The notes under the pieces were generated by a model, which worked only from the letters and a program-made list of their open reading frames with translations, had not been told where the DNA came from and did not search any database. This document shows positions 1 to 8,613 of a DNA stretch of 44,309 bases, piece by piece. Within the stretch, counting starts at the first letter, position 1, and each line of letters starts with the position of its first letter. The position numbers and the translations under genes are program-made. The stretch is from Rariglobus sp. (GTDB lineage Bacteria; Verrucomicrobiota; Verrucomicrobiia; Opitutales; Opitutaceae): assembly GCA_044377395.1 (NCBI GenBank), contig JBILJE010000001.1, positions 1-44,309 of the forward strand. Reading direction: 5' to 3'.

Positions 1-1338
1 CTTGGCGGGGGGCAGAGTGCTGAACGGCACGACCAGGGCGTCGAGATCATGTTTTTCGCAAAGCTCGGTGATGGCGGCGCGGAGTTGGGTGCGCAGGCGC
101 TGGCGGGCGAGGTAGTCGGGGCTTTGTTCGGGCGGCGGGAGTAGGAGGGCGTCGTTCATCGCCTTGGCGAACTGATCGGGGCCGACTTTGGTGATCATCT
201 CCTGGATGGTCTTGAACGGAGCGGTGGGGCCGAAGCGGGCGAGGTAGGCGTTTTGGTTGGGGAGCTTTTCGTATTCGGCGGTGCGGCCAATCGTGGCGGT
301 GGCCAGTACCTTCAGATCGAGGCCGGTCTGGACATCCATGACCTGCGCGCCGCCCTTTTTGAGATCGGCGAGGGCCTTTTCGAAGATCGCAATGCCCTCG
401 GCGTGGGCGGGGCCGGAGTGGATCATCTCGCGCAGGACGCCGATGCGCTGGCCGGGAAGCCGGGCGGCGACGACTTGGGCGGGCCAGTCGGGTTGCGGGA
501 AGTGGCCGAAACCGGAGGACGTGATGAGATCCTCGGCGTCCCAGCCGGCTACGACGGAGAGCACCACGGCGACATCGTAAACGCTGCGGGCCATGGGGCC
601 GGCGCGATCCTGGGTGGCGCCGCGCGGCATGATGCCGGCGCGGGAGACGAGACCCTGGGTGGCGACCATGCCGGAGATGCCGGAGTTGGAAGACGGTATG
701 ACGACGGAGCCACCGGTATCGGTGCCGATGCCAACGGCGGCGAACCAGGCGGAGATGGCGGCGCCAGTGCCATTGGAGGAAGTGCCGGGCGTGTAGCCGA
801 GTTTATAGGGATTATGGGTGGCGCCGATGCGGCTGGTGTGGTCGAAGCCATCGCCAAACCAGTTGGCGGTATTAACCTTTGCCAGGATAATGGCGCCAGC
901 GGCCTTGAGGCGGGCGGTGACGGCGGAATCGCGAGCGGGAATTTTATCGCCGAAGGGTTTGAAGCCGGCGGTGGTGGGCATGCCGGCGACATCGAGCAGA
1001 TCTTTCACGACGACGGGGATGCCGTGGAGAGGGCCGCGTGATTTACCGGCGGCGCGTTCGGCGTCGAGGGCCTTGGCCTCGGCGAGGGCGTTGGGGTTGA
1101 GGTGGATGACCGAGTTGATTTTCGGTCCCTGTTGGTCGTAGGCCTCGATGCGGGCGAGGTAGAGGGTAACGAGTTTCTCGGAGGAGAGTTTGCCCGCCTT
1201 GGTGGCGGCCTCGATGTCGGCGAGGGTGGCGGTGGCGAGGTTGAATTCGGCGGCGCGGACTTCGCTTGGAATGACCAATGCCGAATGACCAATGACCAAT
1301 GAGCAGAGCAGGAGGCGGGCGTTATGTGGGAGGCGCAT
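1..1338 (-). CDS. Exported amidase-signature family hydrolase (Ami1), 3' end beyond the window edge; absent from the supplied ORF track
   Basis: Translated by hand from ATG at 1338: MRLPHNARLLLCSLVIGHSALVIPSEVRAAEFNL...GPLHGIPVVVKD...PGTSSNGTG...GTDTGGSVVIP. The frame is open to base 1 and the Lys/cis-Ser/Ser triad motifs are present. Confidence 0.92.
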   Translation of the reverse strand, partial: MRLPHNARLLLCSLVIGHSALVIPSEVRAAEFNLATATLADIEAATKAGKLSSEKLVTLYLARIEAYDQQGPKINSVIHLNPNALAEAKALDAERAAGKSRGPLHGIPVVVKDLLDVAGMPTTAGFKPFGDKIPARDSAVTARLKAAGAIILAKVNTANWFGDGFDHTSRIGATHNPYKLGYTPGTSSNGTGAAISAWFAAVGIGTDTGGSVVIPSSNSGISGMVATQGLVSRAGIMPRGATQDRAGPMARSVYDVAVVLSVVAGWDAEDLITSSGFGHFPQPDWPAQVVAARLPGQRIGVLREMIHSGPAHAEGIAIFEKALADLKKGGAQVMDVQTGLDLKVLATATIGRTAEYEKLPNQNAYLARFGPTAPFKTIQEMITKVGPDQFAKAMNDALLLPPPEQSPDYLARQRLRTQLRAAITELCEKHDLDALVVPFSTLPPAK

Positions 1339-1349
1339 GTTGGATGGTT

Positions 1350-2984
1350 TTAGCGGGTGAATTCGATGAACTCTCCCTCAAGGGCGGGCGTGGAGGCGGG
1401 AAGTTTGCGGTGCTTGGAACCCTGCTCGAAGGCGTAGCCGAGGCCGAGGAGCGGGCCCTCGGTCCAGGGCTTGCCGAGGAACTCAAGACCAACGGGCATG
1501 CCATCGGAGGCGGTGAAGCCGGCGGGGACGGTGAGGCCGGGGAAGCCGGTGGCGGTGCTGATGCGCGTGCCGCGGCCGAGCTTGTCGTAGTTGGCGGCAC
1601 CCTCGACTGCGCCGGCCTGCGGAGCGGCCTCCTCGATGGTGTGCTCGAGGATCGTCTGGTATGGGTAAACGATGACGTCGAGATCGTAGCGTGCGTAGAG
1701 ATCCAGAATGATCTTCTGGAGTGCGGCGCGGTTGCGGGCGAACGCGTCGTAGTCGGAATTCGCGTACATAGGAGGCGCGGACTGTGCGCGATCCAGACCC
1801 TTTTTGAGTTTTCCGAGGGCCTGGCCGGAGGCGATGATGTCGGCGAGGGACTTGATGGAACCATCCGGGTGGCGGTTACCCAGATAGATGGCTAGGGCCT
1901 CGCGACGCTCGGCGGAGGAGGTGGCGACATCCTTGAGCACGGTGAAAAGATCCAGCCCCAGGGGGAGCGGGTCGATGAGGACGGCTCCGGAATCCTTGAG
2001 CACTTTGATGGCGGCGTCGGCCACGGCGCGACCCTCGGCACCGTCGGGCGTATCGCCGAAGTTTTCGCGCAGAACGCCGATGCGGGCGTGTTTAAGGGCG
2101 TCCCTTTTAAGGTAACTCAAGTAGCCCTCAGCGGGGAAATGGCCGAGGCTGGCGGCGGTGAGGAGGTCGCCGGCGTCCATGCCGCCGACGGCGTGGAGGG
2201 TGAGAGCGACATCGGTGACAGTGCGCGCCATGGGACCCGTGCGGTCGAGCAGGAGCGAGCTCGGCAGGACACCGTGGCGGGAGACGAGACCCAGGGTGGG
2301 CGCGAGGCCGACGAGATTGTTTTTCGTCGAAGGATTGCGGATGGAAGAGCCGGTCTCGGTGCCAAGACCGACCTGGGCGAAAACAGCGGCTAGGCCGGCA
2401 CCGGTGCCGGCGGAAGAACCGCCGGGACTCTTGAGTAGATTATAAGGATTCTTGGTTTGACCGCCCAGCCCGCTAGTGCCGGAGGAGCCGCTGTTGAACT
2501 CGTCGAGATTGGCCTTGGCGAGAATGATGGCACCGCCCTCACGGAGACGACGGATGGTGAAAGCGTCGCGCAGGGGAATGTTGCCCGCGAGGCCCTTGTA
2601 GCCGCCGGAAGTCGGGAGGTCGAAGGTATCGTAATTATCCTTGGGGAGGACGGGGATGCCGTGGAGAGGACCGCGGACCTTGCCGGCGGCGCGCTCGGCA
2701 TCGAGGGCGCGGGCTTGCTCAAGAGCCTTGGCGTTAAGGGTGATGATGGAGTTGAGCGTGGGGCCCTTTTGGTCGTAGGCAGCGATGCGGGCCAGGTAGA
2801 GGGAGACGAGTTTTTCGGAGGTCAGAGTCCCCTGAGCCATCGCGAGCTGAAGCTCGGGTATGGTGGCGTCCGCCAGCGCGACGCGGGTTTTAGCGGGTTC
2901 GGCGGCTTGGAGCGCGCTGCCGGAAATGACCAATGACGAATGTCCAACGACCAATGAACAGAGGGCGAGGCGGAGGAGGTGCAT
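1350..2984 (-). CDS. Exported amidase-signature family hydrolase (Ami2)
   Basis: GPLHGIPVLPKD, PGGSSAGTG and GTETGSSIRNP motifs; signal peptide ending ALQA-A. Confidence 0.93.
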   Translation of the reverse strand: MHLLRLALCSLVVGHSSLVISGSALQAAEPAKTRVALADATIPELQLAMAQGTLTSEKLVSLYLARIAAYDQKGPTLNSIITLNAKALEQARALDAERAAGKVRGPLHGIPVLPKDNYDTFDLPTSGGYKGLAGNIPLRDAFTIRRLREGGAIILAKANLDEFNSGSSGTSGLGGQTKNPYNLLKSPGGSSAGTGAGLAAVFAQVGLGTETGSSIRNPSTKNNLVGLAPTLGLVSRHGVLPSSLLLDRTGPMARTVTDVALTLHAVGGMDAGDLLTAASLGHFPAEGYLSYLKRDALKHARIGVLRENFGDTPDGAEGRAVADAAIKVLKDSGAVLIDPLPLGLDLFTVLKDVATSSAERREALAIYLGNRHPDGSIKSLADIIASGQALGKLKKGLDRAQSAPPMYANSDYDAFARNRAALQKIILDLYARYDLDVIVYPYQTILEHTIEEAAPQAGAVEGAANYDKLGRGTRISTATGFPGLTVPAGFTASDGMPVGLEFLGKPWTEGPLLGLGYAFEQGSKHRKLPASTPALEGEFIEFTR

Positions 2985-2990
2985 GTTAAA

Positions 2991-4664
2991 TTAATAAGAG
3001 AACTTCTCGCCGGGGAGGGCGGGCGTGCTCTCCGGTGATTTACGGTGGCGAGTGGCGGCCTCGTAGGCGGAGGCGAACTTGATGAGGGCGGGCTCGCTGT
3101 AAGGACGGCCGAGGAACTCGAGGGCGATGGGGCGGTTCTCGGAGACGAAGCCGGCGGGCACGAGCAGGCCGGGGAAACCGGTTTGGGAACTGAGCGGGTT
3201 GTCAGCGTCCTTGTTGGTCCAGCCGTCCTTGATTTTGGTGGCGGGCAGGGTCTTGAACGGGAAGACCAAGGCGTCGAGCTGGTAGCGGTCCATCAGATCG
3301 ACGACGGCCTTTTGGATCGTCTCGCGGTTTTTGAGTCGGGCGACGTAGGCGGGATTGTTATCGAGATCGGTGACGGCGTTTTGCTTCTCAATATTTTTGA
3401 GGTGCTCGGGGTTTTTAGCGATCATCTCGGTGAGGTCCTTGTAGGGTGAACCGGAGCCGAGGCGGGCGAGGAAAAGATTGGTGGACGCGCGCTTTTCCCA
3501 TTGGGCGACGCGGGTGTCGGAGAGGATGTCGAGAAGTGGGAGACCGGTGGAGATGGGGTCGTAGATGACGGCGCCGGCGGCCTTGAGGTCCTTGATGGCC
3601 GTCTCGATGAGAGCGAGGCCCTCGGCGTGTTGCGGGCCGGAGCGGAACATATCGCGGAGGACGCCGATGCGGGCGCCCTTGAGTCCGTTTTTGGGATCAA
3701 CGAAAGAGAGGAACCCCTCAGGCGGGATCTGTCCGCGGGAAGACATGGTGACGAGATCCTCGGCATCGACGCCTGCGATGACATCCAGAGTGGCGGCGAG
3801 ATCGTAAACGGAGCGGGTCATGGGACCGCCGCGCTCGTGGGTGAAGGCGCTCATGATCATGCCGCCGCGGGAGACGAGGCCGAGGGTTGGCGCGAGACCG
3901 ACGAGATTATTTTCCGACGTGGGGTTGCGGATGGAGACGCCGGTTTCGGAGCCGAGGCCGACGGTGGCGAAGTAGGCGGCGATGCCGGCACCGGTGCCGC
4001 TGGAGGAGGCGCCGGGAACGTAGTCGAGGTTGTAGGGGTTTTTTGTCTGGCCGATGATCGTGCTGGCGCCCCAGTTGGTCTTGGCGAACCAGTCGAGGGT
4101 GTTGACCTTGGCGAGGATGATGGCACCGGCCTCCTTGAAGCGGGTGACGACAAAGGCGTCGCGAACAGGCATGGCGTTCTTGAGGCCGATGAAGCCGCCG
4201 GTGTTGGGCATGCCAACGACATCGAAGAGGTCCTTGAGGATGACGGGCACGCCGTGGAGGGGAGAGCGCGGACCCTTGGTTTTACGCTCGGCGTCGAGAG
4301 CGCGGGCCTCGGCGAGGGCATTTTGGTTGAGAGTGACGACGGTGTTTACGGCCGGCCCCTTTTTGTCGTAGGCCTCAATGCGGGCGAGGTAGAGCGAGAC
4401 GAGTTTTTCGGAAGAAAGAGCCCCGGCGTCGAAGGCGGCGTTGATGTCCGCGATCGTGGCGGTGGCCAGATCGAACTCCGCTGCGCGGAGTTCGCCTGGA
4501 ATAACCAATGCCAAATGAACAATGGCCAATGCGGCGCAGAGGCGACGAATTACAAATGGCCAATGACCAATGACCAATGAGGCGCAGGGGCGACGAATTA
4601 CCAATGGCCAATGACCAATGGCCAATGAGCGGAGCAGGAGGCGGGTGTGGCGGAGGGGGCGCAT
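2991..4664 (-). CDS. Exported amidase-signature family hydrolase (Ami3) with triplicated leader repeat
   Basis: HGVPVILKD, PGASSSGTG, GSETGVSIRNP; leader of about 60 aa with three LxIxHxxxVI units. Confidence 0.93.
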   Translation of the reverse strand: MRPLRHTRLLLRSLAIGHWPLVIRRPCASLVIGHWPFVIRRLCAALAIVHLALVIPGELRAAEFDLATATIADINAAFDAGALSSEKLVSLYLARIEAYDKKGPAVNTVVTLNQNALAEARALDAERKTKGPRSPLHGVPVILKDLFDVVGMPNTGGFIGLKNAMPVRDAFVVTRFKEAGAIILAKVNTLDWFAKTNWGASTIIGQTKNPYNLDYVPGASSSGTGAGIAAYFATVGLGSETGVSIRNPTSENNLVGLAPTLGLVSRGGMIMSAFTHERGGPMTRSVYDLAATLDVIAGVDAEDLVTMSSRGQIPPEGFLSFVDPKNGLKGARIGVLRDMFRSGPQHAEGLALIETAIKDLKAAGAVIYDPISTGLPLLDILSDTRVAQWEKRASTNLFLARLGSGSPYKDLTEMIAKNPEHLKNIEKQNAVTDLDNNPAYVARLKNRETIQKAVVDLMDRYQLDALVFPFKTLPATKIKDGWTNKDADNPLSSQTGFPGLLVPAGFVSENRPIALEFLGRPYSEPALIKFASAYEAATRHRKSPESTPALPGEKFSY

Positions 4665-4682
4665 GGGAGATAGGGAGCGGAA

Positions 4683-5846
4683 TCAATACTGGTCGAAGAC
4701 GCGTTTGATCTCGGCGAGATCGGTGGACTTGGAGAGCGCGAGTTGGAGTAGGATGCGGGCCTTTTCAGGCGGGAGGTTGTCGCCTGGGACGACCTTCGAT
4801 TCGGTGCGGCGAGGGGTCTGCTGGACGCGACCGCCATCGGTGCGGGCGGTTGCGACGATGACCACCCCGGCGGCCTGGGCTTTCTTGATGGCCTCAGTCA
4901 TGCTGTTGGGGATTGAACCCGCGCCGGTGCCGTCGACGACGATACCCTTGACCCCATTGGCGACCATCGCATCCACAATGTAGCCAGGGGTCTCGTGGTA
5001 GGTGTAGATCACCTCGACGGGAGGGAGCGTGGCGGGAAGTTTAGCGACATGGAACTCGGACTGGAAGGTGTGGCGGCGGGTCGGCTCGGTGTAGAATTTG
5101 ACGATGTCGGGGTCGGCGACGCCGATGACGCCGACGTCAATGCCTTGAAAGGTATGCATCCGGTAGGCGCTGGCCTTGGTGACATCGCGGATCGGGAAAA
5201 CATTTTGGTTCATCGCGTGGAGGACGCCCTTAGATGAGGCTTCGGGGGTGGCGGCGACCCGGACGGCGTTGACCATGTTTAGAGGGCCATCGCCGGAGAG
5301 GGCGGTCCAAGGACGCTGTGCGCCGACCATGACGACGGGCTTCTTGATATCCACGGTGAGGCTCAGGAAGTAACCGGTCTCGACCATGATATTGGTGCCA
5401 TGAGTGATGACGACGCCATCAATGGACGGGTCGGCGGCTATTTCCTGGAGACGACGGGCGACCTTGAGCCAGTGGGCGGTATCCATCGTGGACGGTTCGC
5501 CGGGTGCGCGGAGGTCTTCGGGTGTGACCTTGGCGTAAAGGGCGAGGTCGGGCAGATCGGCGATCCACTGCTCGGGATTGAGGCGGGGGGCAACGTAGTT
5601 GGTGACGTTAAGTCGGTCCTTGGCTGTGCCCGAGATGGTGCCGCCGAGAGAGACGAGGAGAACATGTGGCTTGGGCTGAACGCCGGGAGGGATGCGGTCG
5701 GGAATCTCGGCGGCCGAGATTCCCGAAATGACCAATGAACAATGACCAAAGACGAATGCGGCGGTGAGCCGACGAATGACGAAGGACCAATGCCCAATTA
5801 CCGATGACGAGGCAGGGGGGCGAAGATGGGAAAGGGAGGCTTTCAT
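4683..5846 (-). CDS. Exported asparaginase/glutaminase (type II fold) family protein (Asn1), atypical active site
   Basis: SLGGTISG, THGTNIM, GAQRP, DGPLN, RDVTK, DNLPPEKARILL and C-terminal FDQY. Start placed at ATG 5846 (MKASL) rather than the TTG at 5897. Confidence 0.88.
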   Translation of the reverse strand: MKASLSHLRPPASSSVIGHWSFVIRRLTAAFVFGHCSLVISGISAAEIPDRIPPGVQPKPHVLLVSLGGTISGTAKDRLNVTNYVAPRLNPEQWIADLPDLALYAKVTPEDLRAPGEPSTMDTAHWLKVARRLQEIAADPSIDGVVITHGTNIMVETGYFLSLTVDIKKPVVMVGAQRPWTALSGDGPLNMVNAVRVAATPEASSKGVLHAMNQNVFPIRDVTKASAYRMHTFQGIDVGVIGVADPDIVKFYTEPTRRHTFQSEFHVAKLPATLPPVEVIYTYHETPGYIVDAMVANGVKGIVVDGTGAGSIPNSMTEAIKKAQAAGVVIVATARTDGGRVQQTPRRTESKVVPGDNLPPEKARILLQLALSKSTDLAEIKRVFDQY

Positions 5847-5893
5847 GTGGAGCGTGGCGATATGGGAGGTGGCGCTGGTCTGTATTGAGAGAC

Positions 5894-6943
5894 TCAATAT
5901 TCGTTAAAAATGCGCTGTAGCTCGCGGGTCTCGGTTGTCTTGGTGAGGGCGAGGCGGAGGAGTATCCGGGATTTCTGCGGATTGAGGTTGTCGGAAGTGA
6001 CCTGGCCGCGGGCGGCGACGTTGGAGCTGATGGTCACACGACCCGCTCCCTTGCGGTCGCTATGCACTATGACCACACCCTTGGACTGGGCGGCTTGGAT
6101 TGCCTTGGCGAAGGCGGGGGAACCATCGGCGAAAACGATGCCCTTAGCTCCGGCCTCGGTGAGCGCGGCGATGGGGGCGGGGCTGGCCTCTTGGTAGCCG
6201 TAAACGACATCCACCATCGGAAGTGTAGTGAGAGCGGAGATATCAAACTCGGACGCGGCGGTGTGCTTGCTAAGCAGCTTGCGGTAGAAGACGACACGAT
6301 CCGTATCCACGAAACCGATCGGACCGAGCTCGCGGGAGACAAAAGTCTCGACGTGGTAGGTGTGGCCCTTGGTGACGAAGCGGGCTGAGTGGATGGTATC
6401 GTTGAGGACGACGAGAGCACCATGGCCGGCGGCCTCAGGGGTGGCGGCCACGCGGACGGCGTTGTAGAGATTATACGGGCCATCGCGACTGATGGCGGTG
6501 AAGGGCCGCATGGCACCGACCACGACGACGGGTTTGGAGGACTTGACGGTGAGGTGGAGGAAAAAGGCAGTCTCCTCGAGCGTGCCCGTGCCGTGGGTGA
6601 CTACCGCTCCGCTGACCTCAGGGCGGGCGAGCTCTTTGGTGATGGCCTTGGATAAACGAAGAAGTTTCTCGGCATCCATGTTGCCCGAACCGACGTTGGA
6701 AATCTCGGTGACCTCGATGCGGGCTAGGCCTTTGAGTTCGGGAAGATCGGCGAGAAGTTCATCGGGGGTTACGCGACCGGCGTTGTATTCCATGAGCGTG
6801 AGGCGGTGAGCGCCCTTGCTTTGGATGGTTCCGCCGGTGGTGAAGAGTGCAACGAGGGGGAGATTGTCCGCGGCGGCCGTGGAAATGACCAATGACGAAT
6901 GGCCAATGACCAATGAGAGGAGGAGGAGTCGGAGAAGACGCAT
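5894..6943 (-). CDS. Exported asparaginase/glutaminase (type II fold) family protein (Asn2), atypical active site
   Basis: TTGGTIQS, THGTGTLEET, GAMRP, DGPYN, FVTK, DNLNPQKSRILL and C-terminal FNEY; signal peptide ending AAA-D. Confidence 0.9.
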   Translation of the reverse strand: MRLLRLLLLSLVIGHSSLVISTAAADNLPLVALFTTGGTIQSKGAHRLTLMEYNAGRVTPDELLADLPELKGLARIEVTEISNVGSGNMDAEKLLRLSKAITKELARPEVSGAVVTHGTGTLEETAFFLHLTVKSSKPVVVVGAMRPFTAISRDGPYNLYNAVRVAATPEAAGHGALVVLNDTIHSARFVTKGHTYHVETFVSRELGPIGFVDTDRVVFYRKLLSKHTAASEFDISALTTLPMVDVVYGYQEASPAPIAALTEAGAKGIVFADGSPAFAKAIQAAQSKGVVIVHSDRKGAGRVTISSNVAARGQVTSDNLNPQKSRILLRLALTKTTETRELQRIFNEY

Positions 6944-6950
6944 GGTGAAA

Positions 6951-8531
6951 TTAGTAGGAGATTTTTTCGCCGGGGAGGGCGGGCGTGGTGGGCGGTGTGG
7001 CGCGGGCCTTGGAGGCTTGTTCGAAGGCGAAGCCGAGCCCGAAGAGACGCGGCTCGGAGTAGTTCGGGCCCATGAAAGAAAGCGTGACCGGCAGGCCCTC
7101 CGGAGTGACGCCAGCGGGGACGATCAAGTCGGGGAAGCCCGTGATGTTGGCGATGCTGGTGGGACTCGGGGCGCGCGGCTTGGAGTAGTCGGTATCGAGC
7201 CGGACGGCGGGGACCTGGTTGGTCGGATAGATGAAGGCGTCGAGGTTCTGGTTCGCCATGATGCCCTCCAAGATACCGGCGATCATCGCGGGTGCGTGGG
7301 CGGCGGTGGCGAGGTAGACGGGGTCGTCGAGATCATAGCCGGCCTGCTCGTCTTTGAACTGCGCCCAACGGCTCGGGTTGGCGAGTTGGCCGGGCTTGGG
7401 TGTGAACTTTTCGGAGAGGGCGATCAGGTCGGCGAGTGTGCGCGGATAACCGGGTTTGAGGGTGGCGAGGTAGGTGCCGACTTGGGCCTTGAATTCGCCG
7501 GGGCGCATGACCTCGTGCATCGGTTGGCGATCGAGGATGAATTTAGGTAGGGAAATCTCGACGATGGTGGCACCGGCGGCCTCGAGGCGGGCGCGGCTGG
7601 CGGCGACGACCTTTTTAACGCCCTCGTCAATGCCGGCGTAGTCGGCAAGGAGACCGAGACGTGCGCCGCGCAGGGCGTCGGTTTTGAGAAAAACGGTGTA
7701 GTCGGTGTGGTATTTTCCGGCGCTGTTAAACGTGGCGGAGTCGGCGGGATCAACGCCCACCATGGCACCGGTTGACACGGCGACATCGTAAACGCTGCGA
7801 GCCATGGGGCCGCTGGTGTCAAAGGACAGACCGAGGGGAATTATGCCATCGCGGGAGAGCAGGCCGCGGGTGGGTTTGAGAGCGGCGATGCCATTGGCGA
7901 GGGCGGGATTGCGGATGGAGCCGCCGGTGTCGGTGCCGAGGGCGACTGGGGCAAACCAGGCGGCGACGGCGGCACCTGAACCGCCGGAGGAACCAGCCGG
8001 GCCGCGGGCAAGATCGTGGGGGTTGAGCGTTTGGCCACCGAGGGAAGAGAAGCCGTTGGTTTTGGCGCTGGAGGCGAACTCCGAGAGGTTGGCCTTGGCC
8101 AGGATGACGGCGCCGGCAGCGCGGAGTTTTTTGACGATAAAGGCATCGTCGGGCGGGATGGAGCCCTCCAGGAAAACGGAGCCGCCGGTGTTGGGCATAT
8201 CGAAGGTATCGTGATTATCCTTCAGGATGACGGGGATGCCGTGCATGGGGCCGCGGGATTTACCAGCCTTGCGTTCGGCATCGAAGAAACGGGCTTCAGC
8301 GAGCGCCTTCGGGTTGACGAGGATGAGAGCGTTGAGTTTGGGGCCGGCGTTGTCGTAGGCGGCGATGCGTGCCAGCGAGAGCGAGATCAGTTTTTCGGAA
8401 CTAAGGGCTCCGGCGGACATGGCGGCCTGGAGGTCGGCAATGGTGGCCGATTCAAGGGTGAGGGTGGCGGCGCGCAGTGAGTGGACGGGCGCCAGCAGGG
8501 ACAGACCAAGGGCGACGAGGAGAGGGCGCAT
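6951..8531 (-). CDS. Exported amidase-signature family hydrolase (Ami4)
   Basis: HGIPVILKD, PAGSSGGSG and the canonical GTDTGGSIRNP; ordinary Sec-type signal peptide. Confidence 0.93.
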   Translation of the reverse strand: MRPLLVALGLSLLAPVHSLRAATLTLESATIADLQAAMSAGALSSEKLISLSLARIAAYDNAGPKLNALILVNPKALAEARFFDAERKAGKSRGPMHGIPVILKDNHDTFDMPNTGGSVFLEGSIPPDDAFIVKKLRAAGAVILAKANLSEFASSAKTNGFSSLGGQTLNPHDLARGPAGSSGGSGAAVAAWFAPVALGTDTGGSIRNPALANGIAALKPTRGLLSRDGIIPLGLSFDTSGPMARSVYDVAVSTGAMVGVDPADSATFNSAGKYHTDYTVFLKTDALRGARLGLLADYAGIDEGVKKVVAASRARLEAAGATIVEISLPKFILDRQPMHEVMRPGEFKAQVGTYLATLKPGYPRTLADLIALSEKFTPKPGQLANPSRWAQFKDEQAGYDLDDPVYLATAAHAPAMIAGILEGIMANQNLDAFIYPTNQVPAVRLDTDYSKPRAPSPTSIANITGFPDLIVPAGVTPEGLPVTLSFMGPNYSEPRLFGLGFAFEQASKARATPPTTPALPGEKISY

Positions 8532-8584
8532 GGAAAGATGTTTAAGGTGAAAGATTAAGTTGAAGCCGGGCGGACTGGCGGAAC

Positions 8585-8607
8585 ACGGGCAGGAATGCCT
8601 GTGCCAA
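8585..8607 (-). repeat. Single REP-like hairpin (TTGGCACAGGCATTCCTGCCCGT) in the widest inter-amidase gap
   Basis: Stem ACAGGCA-TTCC-TGCCCGT with a TTGG foot, the same architecture as the GTAG/GTGG repeats elsewhere in the window. Only one copy here. Confidence 0.4.
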
Positions 8608-8613
8608 GGGGGC

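Noticed and set aside
4500-5809. RR pairs in the leader spacers as Tat signals
   Set aside because: The context (IRRPC, IRRLC, IRRLT) lacks the S/T-R-R-x-F-L-K consensus and most leaders have no RR.
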